DNA from: Acidobacteriota bacterium
GTDB lineage: Bacteria; Acidobacteriota; UBA6911
Assembly (NCBI GenBank): GCA_016929335.1
Contig: JAFGIY010000118.1
Coordinates: 34,494-98,493, forward strand
Direction: 5' to 3'
Length of the DNA stretch: 64,000 bases
Position numbers and translations under genes: made by a program
The notes under the pieces: generated by a model
The model's input: the letters and a program-made list of their open reading frames with translations, nothing else
What the model was told of the DNA's origin: nothing
Database searches by the model: none
Shown here: in pieces, positions 29,231-38,837 of the stretch
Layout of the letters: every line of letters starts with the position of its first letter
Position numbering within the stretch: position 1 is the stretch's first letter

Positions 29231-30295
29231 TCAAGGATTCAGCAATTCCTTGACGGATATCAGGATTTCAACATCCCCTTTTTCTCGAAGCTGGTTTACC
29301 AGCTTATTCAGCTCTTCCTGGTATTTTCGATCTGTCAAATGCGCCAGAAGCTGCGGCCTGATTTCTTCAAGAGTAAATAATCCTTCTTTTTTCTTATCAG
29401 TTACCTTGATGATGTGATAGCCATTCTGGGTTTTGACGAGCGTGACGCCTCCTGTTGGAAGTGAAAATGCCGCTTCCGCATACTCGGGGGCTAAACCCTC
29501 TCTGGAGGCGAAACCGATATCGCCTCCCTTGGAAGCCGATGAATCCACCGAGTTTTCTTTGGCAAGCCGGGCAAAATCTTCTCCCTTCTTAATGCGGGCA
29601 AGAAGCGCTTCAGCACGTTTCCTGGCAATATCATCCTGTTCCGCAGTATTCCCTGCAGCTTTTATTAAAATATGGCTTGTCTTGACAATATCGGGGTGGC
29701 GAAACTCCTCGGCGTTGCTTGCATAATATTTTGCCAATTCCTCGGAAGTAACAGCCAGTCCCTTTTTAATCGTCGCTTCCACATATCTGGACACCGTAAG
29801 GCTTTCAAATATGCTCTTCTGGAGGGATTCACGGCTCTTGTTTTGACTGGCCAAAGCTGCATTCATCTCGGCTTCGCTGCTGAATGTTTTGGCGATTTTC
29901 TGCATTTCAGCCTGGACTTCTGCATCCGGGACCTTTATTCCGCTCGCTTTCGCCTGTTGGAAAAGGAGCTTCGAATTAATCAGCGCCGTGATCTTGCTCA
30001 AGGTCAATTCACCCCGATAATCACCGCGAAGATTCTTCCATTCCGGATTGCCTATGGCGCTCAATTCGAGACGCACCAACTCCTCGAGATCCCGGCCAGA
30101 GATCGCCTCCCCGTTCACTTTGGCGACAATGGCCGGGAAAATGGCGTCGGGCGTCGCAGGGGGATTGCCGGCATCTTCGACCGGTTTCTGCCGGGATTCT
30201 TCACCCGCGGGTCCGGCTTGCGGAAAACACAACACAGGAAACAAAAGTAATCCGGGGAACGCAAGTATTTTAAGATACTTCACCACGCTAACCAT
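29231..30295 (-). CDS. PpiC-type peptidyl-prolyl isomerase (SurA/PrsA-like)
   Basis: VAKVNG, SHILI, FARLAKENS, GGDIG, GYHIIK; AAGGAG before ATG 30295. Confidence 0.9.
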   Translation of the reverse strand: MVSVVKYLKILAFPGLLLFPVLCFPQAGPAGEESRQKPVEDAGNPPATPDAIFPAIVAKVNGEAISGRDLEELVRLELSAIGNPEWKNLRGDYRGELTLSKITALINSKLLFQQAKASGIKVPDAEVQAEMQKIAKTFSSEAEMNAALASQNKSRESLQKSIFESLTVSRYVEATIKKGLAVTSEELAKYYASNAEEFRHPDIVKTSHILIKAAGNTAEQDDIARKRAEALLARIKKGEDFARLAKENSVDSSASKGGDIGFASREGLAPEYAEAAFSLPTGGVTLVKTQNGYHIIKVTDKKKEGLFTLEEIRPQLLAHLTDRKYQEELNKLVNQLREKGDVEILISVKELLNP

Positions 30296-30376
30296 GCTCC
30301 TTTCACCAGGCTTATCACACAAATCGTGATTCCGACGATCTTTCACAAAATCCGCCCCGCTTTGAGCAGGAGTAGA

Positions 30377-31150
30377 TTAATGCGGATTCGTGTGGCATGT
30401 ATCGCAATTCATGCCGCTGGCAACATTGGCTTTCACCTTTCCCGGACCATGGCAGGACTGGCAGCCCTGGGAAAAGGAATTCAGCTTCTCCTTGTACGCA
30501 ACTTTGCCACTGCTGTATTCATTGAGCATGACAACAGCCTTTACGGTAACATCCGCAACCAGCCGGTTGCACCGTTCAAAATGCTCTGTAGTCAATAGCT
30601 TGTGACCGGAAGCATTAGCCCATTCGGTCGACGAGATATGGCACAGGTTGGAGCGGGACACAGAGGAAACGATCGGAATATCCAGTTTCGGCTTCTTCGG
30701 TTTGTAGGAAGGCATCCTGGCATTTTCATACCAAAGAGAGATTTCCTGACAGAGGGCAAAGAGATCTTCCTGATTTTTGGAAAAGAGATTGAATAGAAGA
30801 CCGCAGGCGTTGATAGTGCCACAAAGAGAACCGATCCCTCCGATGCCGCCGCTGCCGTAAATAGTGGCATCGATCGGAAACGTATTATATGGAGCGCCGT
30901 ATTTATCCGCCAGCGTTCCGATAACGGCTTCGATTGTGCCATACATACAACCGATTTTTGCCCATGCAGATTGATAAGCCCTTTCCTGAATTTCTTCCGG
31001 CTTGATCTCTCTCCAGGGCCAGGGGAGGGTGGTCGCCGTTTTCGTCTCAGACCGGATGCCAGCTGCGCCCAGTATTGCTCCGCCAATGGCCAGGCCTCCT
31101 GCAGCAGTTCCTATATTCAACATAGTGCGGCGGGTGATCTTCGTTTTCAT
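30377..31150 (-). CDS. Split-Soret cytochrome c-like (C-GCAxxG-C-C domain + 2 hemes), Tat leader
   Basis: TRRTML; GCMYG, GSLCG, LCH, ERC; C-terminal CQSCH and CDTCH. Confidence 0.85.
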   Translation of the reverse strand: MKTKITRRTMLNIGTAAGGLAIGGAILGAAGIRSETKTATTLPWPWREIKPEEIQERAYQSAWAKIGCMYGTIEAVIGTLADKYGAPYNTFPIDATIYGSGGIGGIGSLCGTINACGLLFNLFSKNQEDLFALCQEISLWYENARMPSYKPKKPKLDIPIVSSVSRSNLCHISSTEWANASGHKLLTTEHFERCNRLVADVTVKAVVMLNEYSSGKVAYKEKLNSFSQGCQSCHGPGKVKANVASGMNCDTCHTNPH

Positions 31151-31313
31151 AAAGAAACACCTTCCTTCAGAAATGACGCAAATACAACCTCAAAAAATGA
31201 TATAAGCAAACCTCTGGTCAATTGAATAATGTTTGCATACATTATTAACTTATAAAATTAAAGGATTGCAGAATAACAAGGCAAATAATAAAACATATGA
31301 GACGCGAGAGTCT

Positions 31314-32723
31314 ATGATTAAGCTCCTTTTGATAAGACTGATAAAGATCGGGTTTTACGTAATCGCTGCCATTTTTCTGGTTTTTCCCGCAGGCCAGGCC
31401 CAGCCCGCGAAGACAAGTTCGCCGGTTGTACGAGGGATTCTTTTCACTTCACCGACGTGCGGCCACTGCGCCTACGTAAGAGAAGAGGTACTGCCGCCAC
31501 TCATCTCACGCCATGGTTCAAGACTCCAGATAGCTATTTTAAGTACAGCCACTCAGACCGGGCACGAGCTTTTCCTGGCGGCATGCATGAAGCATGGGCT
31601 TTTGCGGCTATCCGTGCCGCTTCTCATAGTGGGAAATACCGCCATGGTAGGATCCGACGAGATCCCGGCGAAATTGCCCGATCTCATCGAGAAGCAACTC
31701 GCTGCGGGAGGTGTCGATTGGCCAAAAATCCCGGGATTGAGCACTCTGCTGGCGGCAAATCCCGCGCCAACTCCCGAAGCCACCCTCCCCGCTGAACCGG
31801 CGCCGAAGGAGCCCCCTGCAGTCGCGTCGGCATCTCCGGACGAGAAGACCGAGCCTGCCGCACAACCGCCTTCTGCCACGACTGCAACGGCCAGAAAGGA
31901 AAAGCCGGCGGAGCCTGCGAAGGCGGCTGCCGGGCCGGTATCAAAGCCTTCACCGGTAGAGAAACCCACTTCGCCTCTGTCGGAACGTGCCGCTGCCAAC
32001 GTTTCCAGCCAGAATACGACCGTTGCTTCGACTGCTCCTCTATCAGCAGATCTATCCGCAAGCGCCAATCCGGGATCCACATCACCCTCCGTCAGGACAG
32101 AACCCTCAGGGATAATTGATCTGACCGGAGGCGAAGAAGAAAAGGGCGTCATCGGGCGAATAAAGCGTGACATTTATGGAAATGGTCTATCCATTCTGGT
32201 ATTGACCGGAATGATAATAACACTCCTGGTTTCCCCCAGGATATTCAGGAAGTCCTCACTTCAGAATCCATCGAAGATAAGACCGGATCACGACTGGCTT
32301 ATTCCAATCCTGATACTGGTGGGTCTCGGAGTTGCTGCCTACTTATCCCATATTGAGGTAAGTCGGGTCGAGGCTGTCTGCGGACCGGTAGGTGACTGCA
32401 ACACGGTGAATCAAAGCGAATATGCAAGGCTCTTTGGCATCCTGCCCATCGGAGTCCTCGGAATGATCGGCTTCCTCGCCATCCTCGCCGCATGGGCGGT
32501 CCGGCGGTGGGGATCTCGAAAAATTTCGCTATGGGCCGCGGTTGCAATCCTGGCGATGACGGCCTTCGGAACTCTTTTTTCGGCTTATCTGACTTTCCTG
32601 GAGCCCTTTGTGATAGGGGCAACATGCCTGTGGTGTCTGAGTTCTGCAGTGATTATGACTACGCTCTTTGTGCTCGCACTCAAGCCGGGACGTCAGGCAT
32701 TGTCGGCCCTTAAATCAAGCTGA
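31314..32723 (+). CDS. Thioredoxin-like domain + Pro/Ala linker + VKOR domain fusion
   Basis: Signal peptide, SPTCGHC, long P/A/S/E linker, CGPVGDCNTV, CLWC. Confidence 0.85.
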   Translation: MIKLLLIRLIKIGFYVIAAIFLVFPAGQAQPAKTSSPVVRGILFTSPTCGHCAYVREEVLPPLISRHGSRLQIAILSTATQTGHELFLAACMKHGLLRLSVPLLIVGNTAMVGSDEIPAKLPDLIEKQLAAGGVDWPKIPGLSTLLAANPAPTPEATLPAEPAPKEPPAVASASPDEKTEPAAQPPSATTATARKEKPAEPAKAAAGPVSKPSPVEKPTSPLSERAAANVSSQNTTVASTAPLSADLSASANPGSTSPSVRTEPSGIIDLTGGEEEKGVIGRIKRDIYGNGLSILVLTGMIITLLVSPRIFRKSSLQNPSKIRPDHDWLIPILILVGLGVAAYLSHIEVSRVEAVCGPVGDCNTVNQSEYARLFGILPIGVLGMIGFLAILAAWAVRRWGSRKISLWAAVAILAMTAFGTLFSAYLTFLEPFVIGATCLWCLSSAVIMTTLFVLALKPGRQALSALKSS

Positions 32724-32901
32724 AGCAATCCCTGTCGCTTTTTTACAGCAGCGGGAGTTCTGATCTGCAAGATGGTTGAAAGCAAACACAATAGGCGGAG
32801 AAGTTGTCAGCGCGCGGTTTTCACGAATCTTCAATAGCAATGGTTGCGGCCAACGATCGCGCCCGGAAAAACTACATGAACAATAGATAGCCCTTTCCCC
32901 G

Positions 32902-33189
32902 CTATTTCTCCAATTGCTCTTTTTCGGCAACGTCTTCGGTATTCGATTTCACGCGCGTAGGATACAAAACAAGATTACCCGGATTCCCCTTGCGGACGTT
33001 TTTAGCCCTTTCTCCTGGTCGTGGATCCCGGTCAGCGCAATTTTCATGCTTTTGGCCTTGATAATACTTCGATGAATGCAGGTTTTGGTGTCTGCCCCTA
33101 TACAGGGAGCATTGCGTACAAGCTCTACCTGTGAAGGGGCAAATGATTCCAGCCTTTTTTGTGATATTTGCTTTTGCACTAGCTCGCAC
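32902..33189 (-). CDS. Small Cys/His-rich hypothetical protein
   Basis: AGGAGG SD before GTG; CPFTGRACTQCSLYRGRH. Confidence 0.6.
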   Translation of the reverse strand: MRASAKANITKKAGIICPFTGRACTQCSLYRGRHQNLHSSKYYQGQKHENCADRDPRPGERAKNVRKGNPGNLVLYPTRVKSNTEDVAEKEQLEK

Positions 33190-33270
33190 AATTTCCTCCT
33201 GGCACTTCCGCTATGAAGGTATCAGGCAAGATGCGTGCCAACGAGGTTGATAATTTTAAAGTAAATATCC

Positions 33271-33383
33271 CATGTGGGTCGCGGCTGAAGCCGCGACGCG
33301 CAATAAATCGCGTGTTTAAGAGATATTTATGCCTGATCTTCTGTTTGCACCAACATGTCGCGGCTGAAGCCGCGACCCACATG
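33271..33383. repeat. REP-like palindrome doublet (REPIN-like)
   Basis: Two identical GTCGCGGCTGAAGCCGCGAC (33278, 33357) inside CATGTGG/CCACATG inverted ends. Confidence 0.75.
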
Positions 33384-33607
33384 GTTCAAGGCGTGCAGCA
33401 TAATTACTACCTGAGGAGAGAACGTTTTTACAGGCATTCTGAAAAGATCAGGATCGATATGTGGCAAAATGCAATGATTTATGCTTTGGAAGGATGCCGG
33501 GCCGCAACCATCCCGTTTCAGGAGAAAATGGGATTGGGGCTGCGCCTCACGCTCGTTTTTCCGAAGCGCCAGGAGCAGCCCTTTATTGATGGAAGCCGTA
33601 TTGATTA

Positions 33608-34018
33608 TCAGGAGATCTTCTTTCCAGCATCAGCTCCGGGAGAAACAGAAAAGATCTCGTTGATTTTGATAACGATGGCACCCTTCGAATGAAGCGGTAA
33701 TCCCAGTTTTTTGCCTTCCTCTTCCGTCCAGGTTTGAGTTTCATTAAAAACAGGCCCTTCGGTGACCACCGTGGCGGGACCTTTGAATTGATAGCCGGCA
33801 AAACCCTCCCAAATTGAAAGAGCACACACCGGATTTTCCTTAATATTATTAAATGTCTTGGTCATGAAAACGGCCGAAGCGAGAATCGTTTCATCATCCA
33901 CGATCTTCATAAAGTTGATCGGAACGACATTTGGAACGCCCTTCTTGTCTGCTGTGGCTAACTGCTTGATTCCCACGCGGTTGAACATCTCCTGCATTTC
34001 CTTCGTCATCTTTGCCAT
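33608..34018 (-). CDS. Pyridoxamine 5'-phosphate oxidase-family FMN-binding protein
   Basis: LATADKKGVPNVVP, FMTKTFNNIKENP, GYQFKG, SVSPG. Confidence 0.88.
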   Translation of the reverse strand: MAKMTKEMQEMFNRVGIKQLATADKKGVPNVVPINFMKIVDDETILASAVFMTKTFNNIKENPVCALSIWEGFAGYQFKGPATVVTEGPVFNETQTWTEEEGKKLGLPLHSKGAIVIKINEIFSVSPGADAGKKIS

Positions 34019-34234
34019 ATTGATTCTCCCTTTCTTAAATCGATATCAGGAGGACCCCGCTGATAGAAGCTGGGGGGAACAGATTTCCTCTCTTTGAGAT
34101 ATACAATAACCATTTATGTTAAGCAAAACCTTTTCCAATGTATCCAGCCTCATAAGGAATTATGGAAGCAGTATTAGATATTTCTTTCTCCCGGCCAATG
34201 GTATGCAGCCTCGGTGCTGTCCAAATGATGCTAT

Positions 34235-34250
34235 TGGCCGGAATCTTGCA
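34235..34250 (+). promoter_or_regulatory. Possible sigma54 promoter upstream of the Tat-DUF169 gene
   Basis: TGGCCG-GAATC-TTGCA. Confidence 0.5.
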
Positions 34251-34391
34251 TTGCATGTAATCGATTATTATTGCCAATATGCAGGTATATTTTCTTTTGG
34301 TCCACCTATGGTGCCGGGAAGAATTTTGCTTTCCGGTCGGGCAGTAAAGGAACTGATTTTAAGCGAAGCAAACCGACAGGAGGATTCCCCC

Positions 34392-34955
34392 GTGAGAAAC
34401 AAATATTCTCGACGTGAAGCAATTAAGCTAAGTGTAGGGACAGCAGCACTGGGGGTTGCCGGCTCTGCGATATCGGCAGCCGCAACAGGACTGGTTTCCT
34501 ATCCTCAAGGAGCAAAAGGCATGCCGACACTCAGCGAATTCAACAAGTATGGCGAAGAACTGGAAAAGTCTCTTCTGATGAGAATTTCGCCCATAGCCGT
34601 CAAAATGCTGGAGAAGGAGGCGGACATCCCCAAAGGGGCTATCCGGCCCAAAAAAGACCGTGGTTGCCATATTGCTCAGTGCCGGGCATTCGCCATGTCG
34701 CGGCGTGAAGGGACAACCGTAGCCATGCTGAAGGAAGACACCTGGTGTCCGACTTCCGTCATAGCCTACGGCCTCGAAAAAAAACCGGAGTCTCTTGCGA
34801 AATGGGTTCACCCCTACAATTGTTTCGAGCATGGAAAATATATCGGCATTGTCTCTGCGCCTCTAAAATGTGCCAATTCCCTCCCCGATGTTGTCATTGC
34901 ATATCTCAAACCGGCTCAGCTTAGAGGATTGCTGCTATCAGGTTCCCTGCAATAA
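34392..34955 (+). pseudogene. C-terminally truncated DUF169 paralog with twin-arginine leader
   Basis: SRREAIKL leader; body parallels 15308-16090 but stops at TAA soon after PDVVIAY. Confidence 0.6.
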
Positions 34956-34991
34956 TTAACGTCCAGGGTTACGGAATTAATTTTTAACTCT

Positions 34992-37262
34992 TTAAAACAG
35001 AAACCTCAGAGTTGCCCGAATGTTCCGGCCCGGGCTCAGGGCATATAGTTTGTATGTATCCAGAAAACCCTTGTATGCCCTGTCGGCTAGATTACTGATC
35101 CTCAAATCGAAAGCCATCACGTACTTTCCCAAACGTCGCTGCACCCCTGCTCCGAGATCCAGCAGAGCATACCCTGCCGTGTCCAGAGGAAACGGCTCAT
35201 CGGGACCTGAAATGCTTCCTTTTCCCATAAAAGTGCTGCTGATTTCAATGTAAGGATGGATCCAGTCAGCAGATGAATTGTCGTGAAAATGCGCGGCGAA
35301 CATTGCGCGATCCGGCGGAGAAAAAGGCAGCCGAGTTCCGGTGGCTATGTTTTTGGATCGCAACATATCCCCCGCGATACTTAAGGTCAGCCACGGCGAT
35401 GCATCGACAGCCGCCTGCATCTCGAAGCCCTTCACGATCGCGTCGGACTGGTTGAATATGCCGACGGGCAGCCCATCCCGCATTCCGCCGGAGAGCTTCT
35501 GGTAGATGTAGTCGTCAAACCTGCTGCGGTACAAAGCCAGAAATCCTCTTGCCCGGTCCCCTTCCATTCGAAGTGTGAATTCCGTATTGAAATTCGTCTC
35601 TTCCCGCAAATCGGGATTCCCGTTTTCATACAAAAGAGCCCCATCGTGCGGGCCATCTGCGAACAGCTCATATTCGGATGGGTTTCGCCAGCCTCGGCTG
35701 AAGCTCAATCCGGCGGACAGGGTGCGATTGAATCGATAAACGGCTCCCACCGATCCGGTTATGGGAGCATAGCTTTTTCTGAAATCATGGAGAATGCCGC
35801 GTTGCGGATTCGCAGGCAAATCCAGCAGCCGATGGTCATAGCGCAAACCCAGATTCAGAACAAGGCGATCAAGAGTTCCCGATTGTACCAGACGAATTTC
35901 TTCATATAACGCAGCAGCCCAGGTTCGATTTCGATAATAAGGGAGCAGAGTGACCGGCCCGAAGGATTCATTTTTTTGCCGGGTATATTCCATTTGGATC
36001 CATCCACGGAATGGACCGGACGGTTTGTGTTGAAGTGAGGCCCGATAGTTCTGAGTCATCAGCTGCAGGTCAACCTTGGCTCCCCGGGAGCGTCCGGCGG
36101 GGAATGCCTGTCGCGTGTTCCGGGAGATATTCGCGGCTATACGCCAGTCTCCCCAACTCGAAGCACCGGAGGCTTCCATCTCGCCCACGTCGTTCTCCAG
36201 GTTGAGTCGAAAATCCGGCTGGATGGGGATGTAAAAGCCGAGATCGTTTTGCCAGTGTCGATATTGTCCCCTGATACGAAAACCGGCAGGAGATCTGTAA
36301 CCGATTTCCAGAAGGCCAGACAGTTGATCATAGTCTGTATTGGGAAGATCGCCTCCCGGAGTGCGGATATTGTCTGCAGACCGCTGTGTCCAAGCAACGC
36401 GGCCGCCAAAACCTCCTCTTGCTCCTTCAATTTGAGCGTGGCCGATCCTTGCCGCATTATTGTTCGCATATCCGAAAAGGCCTTCACCATTTAATATGTA
36501 ATTCCCCGTCTTCGCTGTCGGGGTTGGCGCCGACACCAGGTTGGCTAATCCGCCCATGGCCTGAGTGCCATACAGGACACTGGCCGGGCCGCGAATGACC
36601 TCAATAAAACTCGAATCATAGGTTTCGATATTTGGCATGTGCCGCCGGCTGAACTGATAATAATCGTGCGGGAATCCATTGCTTAGAACGCGTACCCGCT
36701 CATTCGTCTGCCCACGGATCATCGGCGCGCCACCAGCCTCTCCGGTTGAGATATTCCGGACCCCGGGCAAGTTTCCGACAGCTTCGCCCACGGAAAGTCC
36801 CGTCCGGGCGCGTACCTCAGAGGTATCCAGCACATTGGCTGATTGGGCAACATCCGCTCGGTCCACAGCCCATGGAGCAGCCGTAACCGTTACCGTTTCG
36901 TGAAAGTGCGGGATCGACTGCATTTCAATCTCCAGGTCCTCCTCTACGGGGACCTGAAGAACAAAGCGCTGCTCAACAAACTGAGGATGAGAAGCAAGCA
37001 TGGTATAGCGGCCCGGATTGACAGACTCCAGAGAAAACCGCCCTTCGGAATTAGTGACACTTCTAACGGACATTTCCACAAGACGTACAACAACGCCTGG
37101 TATAGGGTCTTGGCTGCCAGCCTGGATAATGCGGCCTCTCAATTTGCCGTCATCTCCGCCGGCTGCTGCACACGGCAACAGAAGCATCAGCAGAAAGACA
37201 AGTAGGATACAGGCAAAAAACCGGATAAAAATCCTCATAAATGCAAAAGCAGATCGTTGCAT
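34992..37262 (-). CDS. TonB-dependent receptor with N-terminal carboxypeptidase-regulatory-like domain
   Basis: ETVTVTA, IRG, IEVIRGPASVLYG, NPDLREE, NLAD, terminal Phe. Confidence 0.93.
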   Translation of the reverse strand: MQRSAFAFMRIFIRFFACILLVFLLMLLLPCAAAGGDDGKLRGRIIQAGSQDPIPGVVVRLVEMSVRSVTNSEGRFSLESVNPGRYTMLASHPQFVEQRFVLQVPVEEDLEIEMQSIPHFHETVTVTAAPWAVDRADVAQSANVLDTSEVRARTGLSVGEAVGNLPGVRNISTGEAGGAPMIRGQTNERVRVLSNGFPHDYYQFSRRHMPNIETYDSSFIEVIRGPASVLYGTQAMGGLANLVSAPTPTAKTGNYILNGEGLFGYANNNAARIGHAQIEGARGGFGGRVAWTQRSADNIRTPGGDLPNTDYDQLSGLLEIGYRSPAGFRIRGQYRHWQNDLGFYIPIQPDFRLNLENDVGEMEASGASSWGDWRIAANISRNTRQAFPAGRSRGAKVDLQLMTQNYRASLQHKPSGPFRGWIQMEYTRQKNESFGPVTLLPYYRNRTWAAALYEEIRLVQSGTLDRLVLNLGLRYDHRLLDLPANPQRGILHDFRKSYAPITGSVGAVYRFNRTLSAGLSFSRGWRNPSEYELFADGPHDGALLYENGNPDLREETNFNTEFTLRMEGDRARGFLALYRSRFDDYIYQKLSGGMRDGLPVGIFNQSDAIVKGFEMQAAVDASPWLTLSIAGDMLRSKNIATGTRLPFSPPDRAMFAAHFHDNSSADWIHPYIEISSTFMGKGSISGPDEPFPLDTAGYALLDLGAGVQRRLGKYVMAFDLRISNLADRAYKGFLDTYKLYALSPGRNIRATLRFLF

Positions 37263-37266
37263 TTTT

Positions 37267-37331
37267 GTGCCCTCGATTTGAATTGGACATCAAGGCTGGG
37301 AACTCCTGGCATCAAATCGATGGAGGGGCAC
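37267..37331 (-). promoter_or_regulatory. Predicted SD-sequestering hairpin between the RAPP codons and the receptor RBS
   Basis: mRNA GUGCCC(CUCCA)UCGAUUUGA pairs with UCAAAUCGA-GGGCAC, which contains the GAGGG SD. Confidence 0.65.
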
Positions 37332-37617
37332 GAACTGCCATGCAGGCCCGGTCCGATGATATGCTGTTTGAGATCCGCGCCGGAGAAAGCGGATGATTGG
37401 CTATCAGAAGAACGGGCAAAAAGACCGAAGGGATGAAGTACTGCAGTGTATGGCCGATGACGTTGCAAATCAGGCAGTGATGTGAGGACCCTCCGCCATC
37501 ATTGTGGTCGATAGCATGAACGCATAAATGTATGAATGCAATTGCAGGCAAGGCTAGAGCGACAATACCGGCCGCTATTGCCGCCCTTCGGAATTTCAGC
37601 CTCCAGTGGCTCATCAT
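37312..37617 (-). CDS. DUF2946-like His/CxxC leader peptide ending in RAPP
   Basis: TM, HLCVHAIDH...HHCLIC, C-terminal RAPPSI; AAGGGA SD. Confidence 0.8.
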   Translation of the reverse strand: MMSHWRLKFRRAAIAAGIVALALPAIAFIHLCVHAIDHNDGGGSSHHCLICNVIGHTLQYFIPSVFLPVLLIANHPLSPARISNSISSDRACMAVRAPPSI

Positions 37618-37671
37618 GACCTATCGTTCCCTTAGGAAACCACATCCCCATTTGTGCAAAAGCACCTGTCA

Positions 37672-38835
37672 CTAAAGCTGGGGCCCGCTTTCAATTGAGG
37701 AAATACCGCGAAGACGATGAACGGTATTCTTCAAGGCTTCGACAACAGCCCGGATGTCTTCTTCACGATTATCCTTGCCGAAGGAAATCCTGATGGAGCC
37801 CTGCGCTTCCTTGGACGAAAGTCCCATGGCAAGAAGGACGTGCGATGGTTCCGGATCTCCCGTGGAACAGGCGGAACCTGTCGAGATATAAATGCCTCGG
37901 AGATCCAAACTGAAAACAATGGATTCACCATCCACAGAATCAAAACTGATGCTGGAGGTATTCGGCACCCGCGGAGCAGAAGCGCCGTTGATTCGCACTC
38001 CAGGCAAAACAGAACGGATTTCATCCTCGAACTTGTCTCGTAGATGCCGTAAACGGCTGTATTCACTTTCAGCAGACTCAGCAGCCAGATCCAGCGCATG
38101 GGACAGCCCCACAATTCCCGCGACGTTTTCTGTTCCGGCGCGATGGCCTCGTTCATGAGGCCCGCCCGTAAGAAGGGGATCAAGCGGTGTTCCCTCACGA
38201 ACATACAGCGCAGCCGTTCCCTTGGGACCATAGAACTTGTGACCGGAAATAGAAATGAGGTCCGCGCCCAGCCCGCACAATTTGTGAGGCATCTTCCCGG
38301 CCGTCTGAACGGCATCGGTGTGCAACAGGATCGCGCGATTTTTAGCCAATGCGGCAATCTCCTCCACAGGCTGGATTACTCCGGTTTCGTTGTTGGCGTG
38401 CATAATGGTTATAAGCACCGTTTCACTGCAGAGGTTCTTTTCCACATCTTCAATTCTGGCAGCGCCATCAGAACCGACGGGAAGATAGGTAATCCGGAAG
38501 CCTTCCGCTTCCAGAGCCTTGCAGGTATTCAGAATGGCATGATGCTCAATGGCCGTTGTCACAATGTGATTGCCGCGATGCAAAAGCGCGCTCGCCACGC
38601 CTCGCACAGCCAGATTGTCTGATTCCGTTCCGCAGGATGTGAAGACGATTTCCTCGGGCTTGCAGCCGAAGTGTCCGGCAACACTCTCCCTTGCCTTCTC
38701 GGTTGCGATCTTGGCTTGATTGCCGAAACTATAGGGACTGGATGGATTGCCCCAACGCTTGGTCAGATACGGCATCATGGCTTCCAGGACTCGACTATCC
38801 AGGGGAGTCGTAGCGTTGTGATCAAGGTAAATCAC
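37672..38835 (-). CDS. nifS: Cysteine desulfurase (NifS/IscS)
   Basis: YLDHNATTP, GNPSS, HTDAVQ, SGHKFYGPKG, STGSAC. Confidence 0.93.
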   Translation of the reverse strand: MIYLDHNATTPLDSRVLEAMMPYLTKRWGNPSSPYSFGNQAKIATEKARESVAGHFGCKPEEIVFTSCGTESDNLAVRGVASALLHRGNHIVTTAIEHHAILNTCKALEAEGFRITYLPVGSDGAARIEDVEKNLCSETVLITIMHANNETGVIQPVEEIAALAKNRAILLHTDAVQTAGKMPHKLCGLGADLISISGHKFYGPKGTAALYVREGTPLDPLLTGGPHERGHRAGTENVAGIVGLSHALDLAAESAESEYSRLRHLRDKFEDEIRSVLPGVRINGASAPRVPNTSSISFDSVDGESIVFSLDLRGIYISTGSACSTGDPEPSHVLLAMGLSSKEAQGSIRISFGKDNREEDIRAVVEALKNTVHRLRGISSIESGPQL

Positions 38836-38837
38836 TG

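Noticed and set aside
33271-33383. CRISPR interpretation of the repeated 20-mer
   Set aside because: Only two fully palindromic units and no cas genes in the window.
33213-33692. 159-aa plus-strand ORF
   Set aside because: Runs through the REP doublet and overlaps a real gene; no recognisable protein features.
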